A model generated the notes under the pieces. It saw nothing but the letters and a program-made list of their open reading frames with translations. It made no database searches and was not told the origin of the DNA. Made by a program: the position numbers and the translations under genes. A stretch of DNA of 32,000 nucleotides from Haloquadratum walsbyi C23 (GTDB lineage Archaea > Halobacteriota > Halobacteria > Halobacteriales > Haloferacaceae): the NCBI RefSeq assembly GCF_000237865.1, contig NC_017459.1, positions 2,640,001 to 2,672,000 on the forward strand, given 5' to 3'. Below, in pieces: positions 1 to 10,159 of the stretch. Numbering within the stretch: the first letter of the stretch is position 1; each line of letters opens with the position of its first letter.

Positions 1-41
1 GAACCGACATCCCAAAGAGCACCGTTGACATATTTATTCAT

Positions 42-425
42 ATGAGTGATACTAACACGAGCACAAATGACAATGACAATGACGATGACACAGATGACTC
101 TCTGAGCGCGAGCGATGTCGGGTCATCAGCAGATGCGCCACCAGTTGCGGAAAAGCCATACAAAATAATATTTGAAGCGAACAAATGTTTTGGTGCAGGT
201 CGATGTGCGGAAGTTGCAGACAATTGGGAAATGGATATTGCATCTGGGCTGGCCAACCCAAAGTCATTCTTCATTGGTGAAGATGAACTAGATGAAAATA
301 TTCGTGCTGCTGAGGTGTGTCCGGCTAAAAAGGATGCTGGAGTTATTCATATCGTTGATCGCCGCACTGATGAAGAGGTGGCGCCAGATCCACACGGTGA
401 TGGCACACTGAGTGTCGATTGGTAG
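42..425 (+). CDS. small ferredoxin-like iron-sulfur protein with an acidic low-complexity N-terminus
   Basis: ATG-to-TAG ORF. It has a Cys pattern CFGAGRC...EVCP, typical of single-cluster ferredoxins. The N-terminal NDNDNDDDTDD tract fits a halophile. A P450 gene lies 1.6 kb away and could be its redox partner (inference). Confidence 0.6.
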   Translation: MSDTNTSTNDNDNDDDTDDSLSASDVGSSADAPPVAEKPYKIIFEANKCFGAGRCAEVADNWEMDIASGLANPKSFFIGEDELDENIRAAEVCPAKKDAGVIHIVDRRTDEEVAPDPHGDGTLSVDW

Positions 426-699
426 TAAGACTCGCACGTGAACTCATGTTGAACTCATTGGGTTGAATCATCATATAAATCGATACTTTGCATAATTATA
501 GAATATAAGCAGAATCCCGGTTTTCAGGCGCCGGAGGATGTCAAAGACTGAGATTATGATAATCAGCAATGTCAATGAGATATAATTCTTAGCACTGAAG
601 CGAAACCAATATCTGCCAGACAATAAAATTCATAATACCGGTTGAGCAATTTAATATTAGATCTATCAAATACGATAGAGATGAATTGTGGGTACCGGC

Positions 700-784
700 G
701 CGGGGGTGGCTGAGCTAGGACAAAAGCGGCGGACTTAAGATCCGCTCCCGTAGGGGTTCATGGGTTCAAATCCCATCCCCCGCA
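700..784 (+). tRNA. tRNA-Leu, anticodon UAA, with long variable arm
   Basis: The 7-bp acceptor stem GCGGGGG/CCCCCGC is followed by discriminator A. The anticodon stem GCGGA/TCCGC encloses loop CTTAAGA. There is a long variable arm, and the T arm is GGGTTCAAATCCC. No CCA is encoded. Confidence 0.9.
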
Positions 785-908
785 TTTGACGCGTGTTCTG
801 TGGACAATTATCCAAAGGTCGCTACATTCGCTTGTCATCGATGATATCTAAGAGTCTATTTTTAAGCTAATGAGCAGCTCGTGTGTTACACCAGAGCGAT
901 TTTCATCA

Positions 909-1976
909 TTACACCGAAATTAAATCTGAGATAAATATATCAAAGAATATGAATAACACTGGGAGGATAATAGAGCTAACCAATCTGGCAATGATGCTCA
1001 TCGAAAGGGGATATAATTGCACATTTTGATTATCCCTAAATTCTTGTCTTGCTCGCTGGATTTCCATTTGCAACAATTGGTGATTCTCTGCGTCTACATC
1101 ATCTTGATTCTCTGGGATTGCTAACTTTTGCTCCAAGTCGCGGATTCGTTCTTTATGTTTTCTTAAGGCTTGCTCACGGACCTGTTGTGCCCGTCGATTC
1201 ATCTTGTAAGTTGGATACGCAAAAAGGACTATTAGATTGAGTATAAAAAGAAAGACACCAATATAGACAAAGTATCCAAATGCAACCTCTGAGGCTAACT
1301 CAAAGGATAGCGGAAGGGCAAATGATCCCAGAGACATAATGACCGTCACTTGGATTGCTAATTCCCCAACAGTACTTAATCCGCCTAATCCATCTGGATG
1401 TAGCGGTTCAATATCTAATTCTGCCTCCTCTGCAAATGACTTGATAGCCAAGACAGTGATTAATGCAGCATGCGTTCGCAAACCAGCAATCACCAACCAA
1501 TAGATAAAGAATACTAAATATGCCCCCTGTTCGACAATGGTAGTTATGCCCTGAGTCTGAAAATAGGACTGACTGACGATAAAAACGCCTAATACAAGGA
1601 TGACCCAGATAGCTACATTTACCCACCAATAGCGGGCATAGTATCGATCATATTTTCGTGAAAGTTTAGCCAACGTCGGGTCATCAGTCGGAGTTAAGCG
1701 CCGATCTGCATGTTGAAAAAATCTCGGAAGTAACTTTTGATCAAAGTACCAAACATCAAATGGACCAATGATCACCATCAAGCAGGCTAGCGACTGACCG
1801 ATGAGGAACATTCGATCTGCCTCCCCGACATCCACTGCAATGATTGTGGTCACTATTGGAATCCACCCAACCGTCAGAACGGCTGAGAGGAGTGTCGAAG
1901 TTGTGTATTGATTTCCCCATTCAACGATTTTACTCAGCCAAATAACGTCTGAGTGATACTTGTTTGTCGAATTCAT
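909..1976 (-). CDS. polytopic membrane protein with a C-terminal coiled-coil segment, function unknown
   Basis: The 355-aa ORF has several hydrophobic helices. A charged heptad-like stretch (RRAQQVREQALRKHKERIRDLEQKL...QMEIQRARQEFRD) precedes a final TM helix. It is visibly more AT-rich than its neighbours. I recognise no family. Confidence 0.6.
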   Translation of the reverse strand: MNSTNKYHSDVIWLSKIVEWGNQYTTSTLLSAVLTVGWIPIVTTIIAVDVGEADRMFLIGQSLACLMVIIGPFDVWYFDQKLLPRFFQHADRRLTPTDDPTLAKLSRKYDRYYARYWWVNVAIWVILVLGVFIVSQSYFQTQGITTIVEQGAYLVFFIYWLVIAGLRTHAALITVLAIKSFAEEAELDIEPLHPDGLGGLSTVGELAIQVTVIMSLGSFALPLSFELASEVAFGYFVYIGVFLFILNLIVLFAYPTYKMNRRAQQVREQALRKHKERIRDLEQKLAIPENQDDVDAENHQLLQMEIQRARQEFRDNQNVQLYPLSMSIIARLVSSIILPVLFIFFDIFISDLISV

Positions 1977-2011
1977 AGATAAATTTATTATCTGCTATTA
2001 TTGCCAGATGG

Positions 2012-3421
2012 TCACCGTTCAGATAAATAAAACTCAGTCCCCGGTGTCAGCCGAAGTGTCATATCGGCTGTAAGTGGTGGATCGGGAGTATTTGAGTGAT
2101 TTTGTGATTCTGGTGGGTAATCACTGTGATCAATCCGATGTAATGTGTATTTGCGTCCAATAATCGCTAGTGCAAGTTTAGCCTCAGTCAACGCGAATTG
2201 TCGACCGATACAGAACCGTGGTCCACCCCCAAAAGGAGCGAATGCGAAGTCCGGAATTGATTGCTTAATTCCTTCTTCCCATCGTGAGGGATCAAATGTA
2301 TCCGGAGACTCATAGAATCGCTCATCAGTTTGCACTTGACGAACACCAAGCCAAACCTGTGATTGATTCGGGATTCGGTAATCCATCATAGTCATTTCAC
2401 GCTCTGCTATTCTGGGGATAACGTACACCGCTGGATACATACGCAGAGTCTCAGTAACAATCTGATCGGTTACCGGAAGCGAATTGAGCGTTACCCTATC
2501 GATTGGCGTTTCAATATTATCAATCTCGTCGTGGAAACAGGACTGTAGATCTTCATCCCGAGAAAGCTCATATAATGCTAAAGCCAGCGTCGAGGCTGTT
2601 GTATCATGACCGGCAAAAATAAGCGTGACAATTTGGTCACGGAGTTGTTTATCTGTGAGCATGGCATTATCATCAGTTTGCTCTCTGAGATTCACTAATG
2701 TTGAAAGGAGATCATCAGGATTACTGGAATTATCTGTCATGGCACTAGCTTTTTTCGACAGTAACTCACCGGCGATTGTCCGCAGTTTCGATCGTCCGCG
2801 TTTGAATCGACGGCGCGCTGGTGTCGGAACCCACTCTGGAAGCGGGTACGAAGTTGGGGTAAACCAGTCGTGCAGTTGTACTGCAGCGTTATGAATATCG
2901 GAATCGCCTTCGAGAGCAAGTTTCCGACCAAATAACGTCGCAAAGAGTGTATCAAGCGTCAGACGTCGCATCTCACGCTGCAGATCGATTGTCATTCCTG
3001 ACTCCCAGCTATCTGCTCGACGGTGAATCTGCTCCGTCATTCCGGAAATGTATGAATCGATTTTATTCTGTGTAAAGAGCGGCTGTAGAATCTGTCGTTG
3101 TTGCTGCCATTGACCTCCTTCGGAAGCTACGAGTCCCTCGCCAAACGCGATACGAAAATCGTCAGACTTTCCGAAGGACTCTCTATTATCAATCAATACG
3201 TGCTTGAAGAGTTTTGGATGGCTCAGATTATAGATATCACCAGCTCCGAAAAAGTAGCTCCGAGACACGTCGTGATGTTTGCACAGATTATCACGGAACA
3301 TCAATGGTTTGTGCATTGTTCGAATTGAGTGAGTGAGCGGATGACCAAGCGCGTCTGGATACGGTGGAAGTTGTGGATTACTCGAACCCTGCTCATTGCG
3401 TGTTTGAGCATCACTACTCAT
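2012..3421 (-). CDS. cytochrome P450 monooxygenase
   Basis: It carries the heme-ligand loop FGGGPRFCIG (FxxGxRxCxG), the I-helix AGHDTT and the K-helix ETLR. Length is 469 aa and the stop is TGA. Confidence 0.9.
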   Translation of the reverse strand: MSSDAQTRNEQGSSNPQLPPYPDALGHPLTHSIRTMHKPLMFRDNLCKHHDVSRSYFFGAGDIYNLSHPKLFKHVLIDNRESFGKSDDFRIAFGEGLVASEGGQWQQQRQILQPLFTQNKIDSYISGMTEQIHRRADSWESGMTIDLQREMRRLTLDTLFATLFGRKLALEGDSDIHNAAVQLHDWFTPTSYPLPEWVPTPARRRFKRGRSKLRTIAGELLSKKASAMTDNSSNPDDLLSTLVNLREQTDDNAMLTDKQLRDQIVTLIFAGHDTTASTLALALYELSRDEDLQSCFHDEIDNIETPIDRVTLNSLPVTDQIVTETLRMYPAVYVIPRIAEREMTMMDYRIPNQSQVWLGVRQVQTDERFYESPDTFDPSRWEEGIKQSIPDFAFAPFGGGPRFCIGRQFALTEAKLALAIIGRKYTLHRIDHSDYPPESQNHSNTPDPPLTADMTLRLTPGTEFYLSER

Positions 3422-3802
3422 TTATTAGTAGTATTACAGGATAATAATAAAATAGTGACGACAGTAATGCCGAAGTAATATATACTTGACACCCTCTCTG
3501 CGCTGAAGCGTGAGGATTCTTTTGCAGGACAGCACTCCGTTCGTGTGTATTCAGAGACACCCTGACCGAGACCATCGGACTCTCAATTGTGGTTTGTGAG
3601 TACTGCGTCGGGTTTCTGAAGAGAGGGGTGGTGTGTTTGGGGTGGGGTATCCGCTTGTATCTCATAGACCGTGTCATCGACTCAACTCAACCACAGTAGG
3701 TGTATAGAACACTCGACGTAGAGTTACTTTTTATCTACGAGACCCCAACCAGCTCAACTCTAACTTTCCTCTGCTTTGCGTGCCTCAGTATGCTGTCTGA
3801 TA

Positions 3803-4050
3803 TCATAGAACGCGTGGGTGCGTCTTTATTATCCGATCCATCCCAATGCTAACGCAGAGGGCTTTCTCTTTGAATCTTCGCAATGTGGCATTCAACGCCG
3901 AAAACCACTTAATATAGAATAAACTATAGCCGCAGTCATGGTGCGCATAATCGAAGTCGATCCAAACAGGATACGTCGCAGCGCTGCTTGTGTACAGGCC
4001 ACCAAGACGATTGATCCAGGGCTTGACCTCGGAGCGGTTCACAATGGCGA
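3803..4050 (-). pseudogene. possible C-terminal fragment of an IS630/Tc1-like DDE transposase
   Basis: The translation is ...VWIDFDYAHHDCGYSLFYIKWFSALNATLRRFKEKAL. From memory this resembles the IS630 region (vlDnapyH...YSPeLNPvEevWrqLk...RfF). There is no upstream catalytic part and no inverted repeats. The fragment sits in a 700-bp gap with no other gene. Confidence 0.3.
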
Positions 4051-4136
4051 ATCAATACAATGTGAGTGATAGTCCAAACCACTGATATATCCATGGAAGC
4101 GTATTATAATTTCGACAGAAACAATATACTATAAGA

Positions 4137-5152
4137 TTGGCAGTCATCTTCGTTGTGCTAATCTTACTAGCAGGGTGTGGAGGGCAAAAGTCCATATCGA
4201 CATCGACTCCACCAACCACCCCTGCCCCAACTTCTTCACAACCGCCGACAACCACTCTAGTCACAACACCCACACCAACACCAACACCCGTCCCAGATAA
4301 CCCATTTGGAGAAAAGCCGATTATCATTGGTATCGATAACCCGACAAACCGCTCATACAATACACTCGTTCGAGAGGCCATAAGTTATTGGACACAGACT
4401 AGGAAACAACACACAGATTGGTGGACCACCATCAAACTGAAACCTGATGCTTCGTCGCCAGATCTTACTGTTTCATTTATCAGCAACATTGGACGTTGTG
4501 GAGTGGAGGTTAATGAGGATCATATCGGTTGTGCACCGCTGATTGAACAAACAGACACTGTTTATACAGAACGACTGCAGATTGAAACCGGGTATACCAA
4601 TGCTTCCACACGAGCAACACTAAAACATGAATTCGGACATATTTTTGGATTGGAGCATGGTGAGACGCCCTTAGCGATAATGAATGTAACAGGGATTGCA
4701 AATCTTACTGCACAACCGAATGCAAGCATGAGAGCAATCCTATGGGAAAATGATAGTTTAAAAGTTCACATTAATACATCGAATTTCGACACAATCGATT
4801 CGACAGAGATCGATGAACAGGTCAAACCGACAGTGGACCATTTCAGCAATGCCCGTGGAAAGGTGCCAGCAAATCTGAGTATCAAAGAGCTTGACAGTCC
4901 TCATGATGCAGATATCGTGGTTGTAGCGATGAATTCTCTGGAGAGACCGTCTCAAAAAAGAGAGTGTATGGTAGTTCCACGGATGCTGACCCAGCGGTTG
5001 AATATTATACAAATGCAACGATTACAATCGATTCTTCGACAAACAGTGACCACATCGGGTACCACATCGGATACTGGCTAGATGAGTTGGTAAATCCAGA
5101 CGAAACATCACCTCCGTTCAAGCGGACAAACTCTAATTCACGCGGTGACTGA
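4137..5152 (+). CDS. secreted lipoprotein zinc metalloprotease (metzincin-type HExxHxxGxxH), apparently frameshifted near the 3' end
   Basis: It starts at TTG with signal peptide plus lipobox (VLILLAGC), followed by a Thr/Pro-rich linker. The zinc site is HEFGHIFGLEHG. The frame starting at 4137 turns into basic nonsense after about 4960. The adjacent frame is open from 4907 to 5152 and reads like a halophile protein (GCSDEFSGETVSKKRVYGSSTDADPAVEYYTNATITID...). Confidence 0.65.
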
Positions 5153-5318
5153 TGGAAGGAGACCGATTCCTGAGGACGAATTGATGATTGTATATTCAAC
5201 TTTCAGTTATTCTCGAAAGTGTGATTTTGATATAATTTAATGTAATATCCTTTACATTCACGGCACGACTGTCCGAGAGTCAAACTCTTTTTATGACCGA
5301 CCTGCAACAATTGCTACG

Positions 5319-6497
5319 ATGTTCCCTGCGGCAGCCGAGTATGATATTGACTTTACGATACCATCTACCAGTATCAATCGGCTTCTCTCTGCGACTCCAG
5401 CTGATGTCAACTCGGCAGCGGCGCTCACTTTCTCACGTAATGTTTTTATTCCACTTACAACCGCATGTCGATACACCTGCAGTTATTGCACATACTATGA
5501 CATTCCTGGGGAGGCAACGCTTCTGTCACCGCAAGAAGTTCGCCATCGTGTTCAAGTCGGTGCAGACGCTGGTTGCACTGAAGCACTCTTTACTTTTGGT
5601 GACCGCCCAGATGACCGATATGAGGCGATTCATGCACAACTGGATGTCTGGGGGTTTGATGACATAATCGAATACCTCAATATGTGTTGTCATATTGCAC
5701 TTGAAGAGGGACTTCTCCCACATTCAAACCCAGGGGATCTTACACTGACCGAGTTTGAGCAACTCGCACCGGTCAATGCAAGTATGGGTGTTATGTTAGA
5801 GACCACCGCAGACGTCGATGCACACGCAGGCACGCGGCGCAAGACTCCAGGACAACGATTAAATACGATTCGTGCTGCAGGTAAGGCTGGTATTCCATTC
5901 ACCACAGGGTTGCTCGTTGGGATTGGTGAAGAGTGGCGTGATCGTGCTGAAAGTCTGCTTGCCATTCGTGAATTGCATGAGCGATATGACCATATTCAAG
6001 AAGTTATTATTCAAAATGTTGTCCCGAACGAACGGTCGGATTTTGAACAACCGTCGGTTTCGACGATGCGCCGGGTGGTTGCAATGGCTCGTGTCTGCCT
6101 TCCGAAGTCTATCTCGGTCCAAGTCCCCCCAAACCTCTCACCAACTCGTGAATTACTTGATTGTGGTGTTGATGACCTCGGTGGTGTTTCACCAGTGACA
6201 GAGGACTACATCAATCCAGACTACGCTTGGCCAGCACTCAGCGAGCTCACAGACATTGCGAGCAGTGCTGGTGTTCCACTTCATGAGCGACTCCCGGTGT
6301 ATGATAGATATCTTCCAAAACAGATTCGACGAGAGGGATTCACTGGACACCCCGCCGATGGTGGGTGGCTCACAGAATATATCACTGATGCAATTGAGTC
6401 TGATGGAGTTCATGGACAACGATATCGTAGTGTTGCCTGTCGAGATGGACCGCTTAATACCAATCACTCGATTAGCGCCGGTGAATCCGCAGATTAA
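5319..6497 (+). CDS. cofG: FO synthase subunit 1 (7,8-didemethyl-8-hydroxy-5-deazariboflavin synthase, CofG), radical SAM
   Basis: It has the radical-SAM motif CRYTCSYC in the context IPLTTACRYTCSYCTY. The rest of the 392-aa sequence reads CofG-like. Confidence 0.9.
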   Translation: MFPAAAEYDIDFTIPSTSINRLLSATPADVNSAAALTFSRNVFIPLTTACRYTCSYCTYYDIPGEATLLSPQEVRHRVQVGADAGCTEALFTFGDRPDDRYEAIHAQLDVWGFDDIIEYLNMCCHIALEEGLLPHSNPGDLTLTEFEQLAPVNASMGVMLETTADVDAHAGTRRKTPGQRLNTIRAAGKAGIPFTTGLLVGIGEEWRDRAESLLAIRELHERYDHIQEVIIQNVVPNERSDFEQPSVSTMRRVVAMARVCLPKSISVQVPPNLSPTRELLDCGVDDLGGVSPVTEDYINPDYAWPALSELTDIASSAGVPLHERLPVYDRYLPKQIRREGFTGHPADGGWLTEYITDAIESDGVHGQRYRSVACRDGPLNTNHSISAGESAD

Positions 6498-6537
6498 CTA
6501 ATATCCTCAGCGTACATCGATAATGTCTCCAGATAGT

Positions 6538-7086
6538 CTATAGCTCAAGCCATCGTGGAATATACTTTCGTGTTATCGTATATCCACCAGCAATCACAAT
6601 ACCAATAATTACAATCGCACGGAGCCACCCATCGAAGGTGAGTGCTGCAGGCACCGCAAGGGCAAACGTCAGTGCAAGATCCTCAGGTGCCCCATCATAT
6701 CGGATAACATACTGTGGTCGAAGCCATTGTTGTCGTGGGTGGATATACACTGCACGCTGAGATGTACGCTCCCATGGACGGAGTTCTTCACCAGCACCAA
6801 ACCAATCTGAGAGTGAATGTATTCCAGCCGTCAGTAATCCAACGGTAATACCAACAGTGAGTGAGCTTGGAGTCATTATTGTTATGAGTCCAACACTCCC
6901 TCCTGCGACCGTGTAATACACTGGAAAGTGTAATGTCCGCCGGTGTGCTCCGATGAAAAAGTCAATATCAGGCAGAATCCCACCAATAATCGCACCGATG
7001 GCAGCGGGTATGGCAAAGTCAGGTGCAAAGGTGGCAACAGAGACTGCAAGTAGCAATCCTGCAGCCACGTGAGTTGTGACCATCAT
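6538..7086 (-). CDS. membrane-bound metal-dependent hydrolase-like protein (YdjM/DUF457-like)
   Basis: The 182-aa protein has four to five TM helices. It carries an LPDIDFFIGAHRRTLHFP motif resembling the YdjM family. The assignment is tentative. Confidence 0.5.
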   Translation of the reverse strand: MMVTTHVAAGLLLAVSVATFAPDFAIPAAIGAIIGGILPDIDFFIGAHRRTLHFPVYYTVAGGSVGLITIMTPSSLTVGITVGLLTAGIHSLSDWFGAGEELRPWERTSQRAVYIHPRQQWLRPQYVIRYDGAPEDLALTFALAVPAALTFDGWLRAIVIIGIVIAGGYTITRKYIPRWLEL

Positions 7087-7297
7087 CGTGGATAAATCAG
7101 ATTAATGACCGTAAGTAAATGTATTTATTTTATCAATAGATCTTCATAATCAGGAGCAAACACCGATATAAGTCTCATTCTGACAACAGAGTCTCCAAAA
7201 CGCGCTTTCGATTCACAGGATCAGACATGAATAAATATATTAATGGGTGGGTATAGACTATTCGTTTCAGAAGCCGGGGAAGAGAGCATGCCACCGA

Positions 7298-8767
7298 CTA
7301 GTCATCAGCGACAATGCTTGAGGGGGTCAATCCATTATCATCAGGACCGAGTAGTGGCGTGCCATCGGCTTGTGGACCAAGCATCGGTCCAGAGACCTCA
7401 GCATCCGGATTCAACTCATGCCGTCTGGTATAATCTGTTGACCGTTCAACAGGCGTTCGACCAATCGCAGAGATTAATTCAACATAATCAGCAACAGAGC
7501 GGAATTCACCGTGTGTCCCGCCCGCACGTGTTGTGATCTCCTCAGAAAGAATCGTACCCATAAAATCATTTGCACCACAATTTAGCAGTTTTAGTGCCTT
7601 TTCATCGCCGAATTTTACCCATGATGATTGAATGTTATCAATATTGTCGAGGAATAATCGCGAAACAGCGATCATCAGCTCATCCTCAGCATCGCTTGCT
7701 CCGCCAGAGACAACACCACGCTTGTACAGTGGTGTGTTCTGGTGGACAAACGATAACGGGACAAATTCAGTAATTCCACCGGTGCGATCTTGAAGTTCGC
7801 GAACTCGTTTTAGATGAGTGATTTGATGAGCAGCGTTTTCTACATGCCCATACATGATTGTTGCTGTAACATCCAACCCAGCCTTAATCGCACCTTCTAT
7901 CGCGGCTTCCCACTCTGAACTTGACATCTTTCCCGGACAAATCACATCTCGTACTTCATCAACAAGGATTTCTGCGGCGGTTCCCGGTGCAGAATCAAGC
8001 CCTGCTTTCCGAAGTTCGGTATAGATTTGCTCATAAGACCAATCGGTACCACGACGAGCGTGATGAGCCTCTTCAGGAGTAATTGAATGAAGATGAACAT
8101 CACCAACAGACATCGCACGAAGTTGCTCAACATATGTTCCTGGATCTGTCGTGTACTGCTCTGGTGGTTTGTAATTCACCGTTCGCGCAGGGTTATCATA
8201 CTCGGCAAGGATTTCTCGATGTTCAGCATTGAGCGCAAATGCGGGATGTAATCCAGAAACAGATGTCACCTCCGATATCCCACGATCAACGGCTGCAGCA
8301 ACAGTTGCTTGAGAGACTGCTGGTGTTTTTGTGAATCCACCATGGTTAACATCTGAGTTTAATTCGAATTGATGGGCACTATCTTTGAAATTACAGAATA
8401 AACATCCGGTATTACATGCAGTCGTCACATTGTTATTGAGGTTCGCAACGAACGTGACCGCATCACCAACACGCTCAGCGCGTCGTCGATTGGCGATTTC
8501 AAGCACTTTCTCTTTTCGTGCTGTATCAATTCCCGGAGAATCTGTTCCTGTCGTTATTAGTTCAATTCCATCATCGATGCTGAGCCGATCACCAGCGCGG
8601 GCAGCGGCAAGAGCGTTCTCGAATGACTGATCGGTCGTTGGGGAAGTCGAGAACTCAAGATCTAATGTTGATTCAGATATCTCATCAGACACCGCCTCAT
8701 CCGCATCCATAGCAATATACAGCGTATCGGTATCTAAAAAGGAGCCGATATCGGCGGTTTCTGACAT
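7298..8767 (-). CDS. cofH: FO synthase subunit 2 (CofH), radical SAM, with acidic N-terminal extension
   Basis: It has the radical-SAM motif CNTGCLFC and CofH-like sequence throughout. I chose the ATG at 8767 (MSETADIG...) over the TTG at 8782. Confidence 0.9.
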   Translation of the reverse strand: MSETADIGSFLDTDTLYIAMDADEAVSDEISESTLDLEFSTSPTTDQSFENALAAARAGDRLSIDDGIELITTGTDSPGIDTARKEKVLEIANRRRAERVGDAVTFVANLNNNVTTACNTGCLFCNFKDSAHQFELNSDVNHGGFTKTPAVSQATVAAAVDRGISEVTSVSGLHPAFALNAEHREILAEYDNPARTVNYKPPEQYTTDPGTYVEQLRAMSVGDVHLHSITPEEAHHARRGTDWSYEQIYTELRKAGLDSAPGTAAEILVDEVRDVICPGKMSSSEWEAAIEGAIKAGLDVTATIMYGHVENAAHQITHLKRVRELQDRTGGITEFVPLSFVHQNTPLYKRGVVSGGASDAEDELMIAVSRLFLDNIDNIQSSWVKFGDEKALKLLNCGANDFMGTILSEEITTRAGGTHGEFRSVADYVELISAIGRTPVERSTDYTRRHELNPDAEVSGPMLGPQADGTPLLGPDDNGLTPSSIVADD

Positions 8768-9079
8768 TGCCTGTGCAATCAAACCTGTGTAGTAAGTAAT
8801 TCATAAATGGTGTTCTGACTGTATTGACTCGGGCTATATGTTTTCAGACTATTTTCAGATTTTCATCCGGCATGCTCAGAGAGTTAGTAATGACCGCTCA
8901 GACTGTGTTGTATCGCCGTCGATTGATTAGAATGTCAAGAGTGAGTGCATCATATCACAAACCACTGGCGTTCCCCACGAGGTCAGGTCTTGAGTCACAT
9001 GTCACCAATTCTGAGATAATGCAACGAGACTAAATTCAATTTGGAAGGCTTCTTACTCACGGCTATCACCCATGAGCGT

Positions 9080-10159
9080 ATGACGAGTGTCAAGGAGTTT
9101 CTTGTTGAAACAGAACCGACGACAACAGGTTATGGTCGTGGACGGTTCGTGTTCACCGATCAATACTCTGTATTTGATTGGGGAGCAATGCCGGATCAGA
9201 TTCCGCATAAAGGTACCTCACTGTGTACAATGGGGGCATATAATTTCGAATTACTCGAAGAAAATGGAATCTCAACGCATTATATCGGTGTTGTGCGACC
9301 GTCAAAAGCTGAAACGACCACCATAGATAATCAATCATCGGATGAATCTGATCATATCACTACAGACCCATGCAGTCTCGATGCATGCTCAACAGCACCG
9401 ACAGAGATGGCAATCAAACTGACACAGGTTCCAGCGCTTCCATATGACGATGGAGCATACGACTATGAATCATATCACGAAGCTGGCGGTCAAAACTATT
9501 TAATCCCACTTGAGGTCGTCTTTCGCAATTCCGTACCTATTGGATCAAGTCTTCGTGATCGAAAATCACCACAGGAGTATGATATCGATGCTGACGCATG
9601 GCCGTCAAATCCTGTTGAGCTTCCTAAGCCGGTTATTGAATTCTCAACAAAGTATGAGGAACAGGACCGGTATCTCGACCGAGAGGAAGCCGAGCGGATT
9701 GCTGGGGCTGCGAGTATAGACACATTAGAAGAGCTTGCAGTGAGTGTGAATCGGATCATAACACGCGAAGCAGAGAAGCGTGGATTTGTTCATGAAGATG
9801 GAAAAATCGAATGTTTATATCACGACGGTGAAATTATTCTCGCGGATGTTGTTGGGACATTTGATGAGAATCGATTCGGATATAATGATCAAGAGGTCTC
9901 GAAAGAGGTCATTCGACAGCAATACAAACAAATCGACCCCGAGTGGGTCTCCGCCGTCACCGACGCGAAGCGTCAAGCGAAGATACAAGATGTAGCTGAC
10001 TGGCGGGGGCACTGTGACCGCTCACCAACGCCATTGCCACAGCCGTTCATCAATACTATTTCAGACCTGTATGCGGCTGGGACAAATGCATACGTAGATG
10101 CACAATGGTTTGATGCCCCGTCAATAGAGATGGCTATCGAGAATGTACAGGAATTTTAA
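9080..10159 (+). CDS. purC: phosphoribosylaminoimidazole-succinocarboxamide (SAICAR) synthase
   Basis: It has the FVFTDQYSVFDWG signature and PurC-like sequence. I chose the ATG at 9080 over the TTG at 9041. It contains a Ser/Thr/Asp-rich insertion (about 9300-9410) relative to what I recall of other PurC proteins. Confidence 0.9.
   Translation: MTSVKEFLVETEPTTTGYGRGRFVFTDQYSVFDWGAMPDQIPHKGTSLCTMGAYNFELLEENGISTHYIGVVRPSKAETTTIDNQSSDESDHITTDPCSLDACSTAPTEMAIKLTQVPALPYDDGAYDYESYHEAGGQNYLIPLEVVFRNSVPIGSSLRDRKSPQEYDIDADAWPSNPVELPKPVIEFSTKYEEQDRYLDREEAERIAGAASIDTLEELAVSVNRIITREAEKRGFVHEDGKIECLYHDGEIILADVVGTFDENRFGYNDQEVSKEVIRQQYKQIDPEWVSAVTDAKRQAKIQDVADWRGHCDRSPTPLPQPFINTISDLYAAGTNAYVDAQWFDAPSIEMAIENVQEF

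Noticed and set aside
3575-3650. G-tracts (GGG..GGGG..GGGG.GGGG) as a potential G-quadruplex.
   Set aside because: Two of the loops are 10-12 nt, so the predicted stability is poor. There is a single occurrence and no functional context.
4052-4381. A 109-aa minus-strand ORF with a GVGVGVGV tract.
   Set aside because: It is the antisense reading of the Thr/Pro-rich linker (TPTPTPTP) of the plus-strand lipoprotein gene. It shows no independent coding signal.
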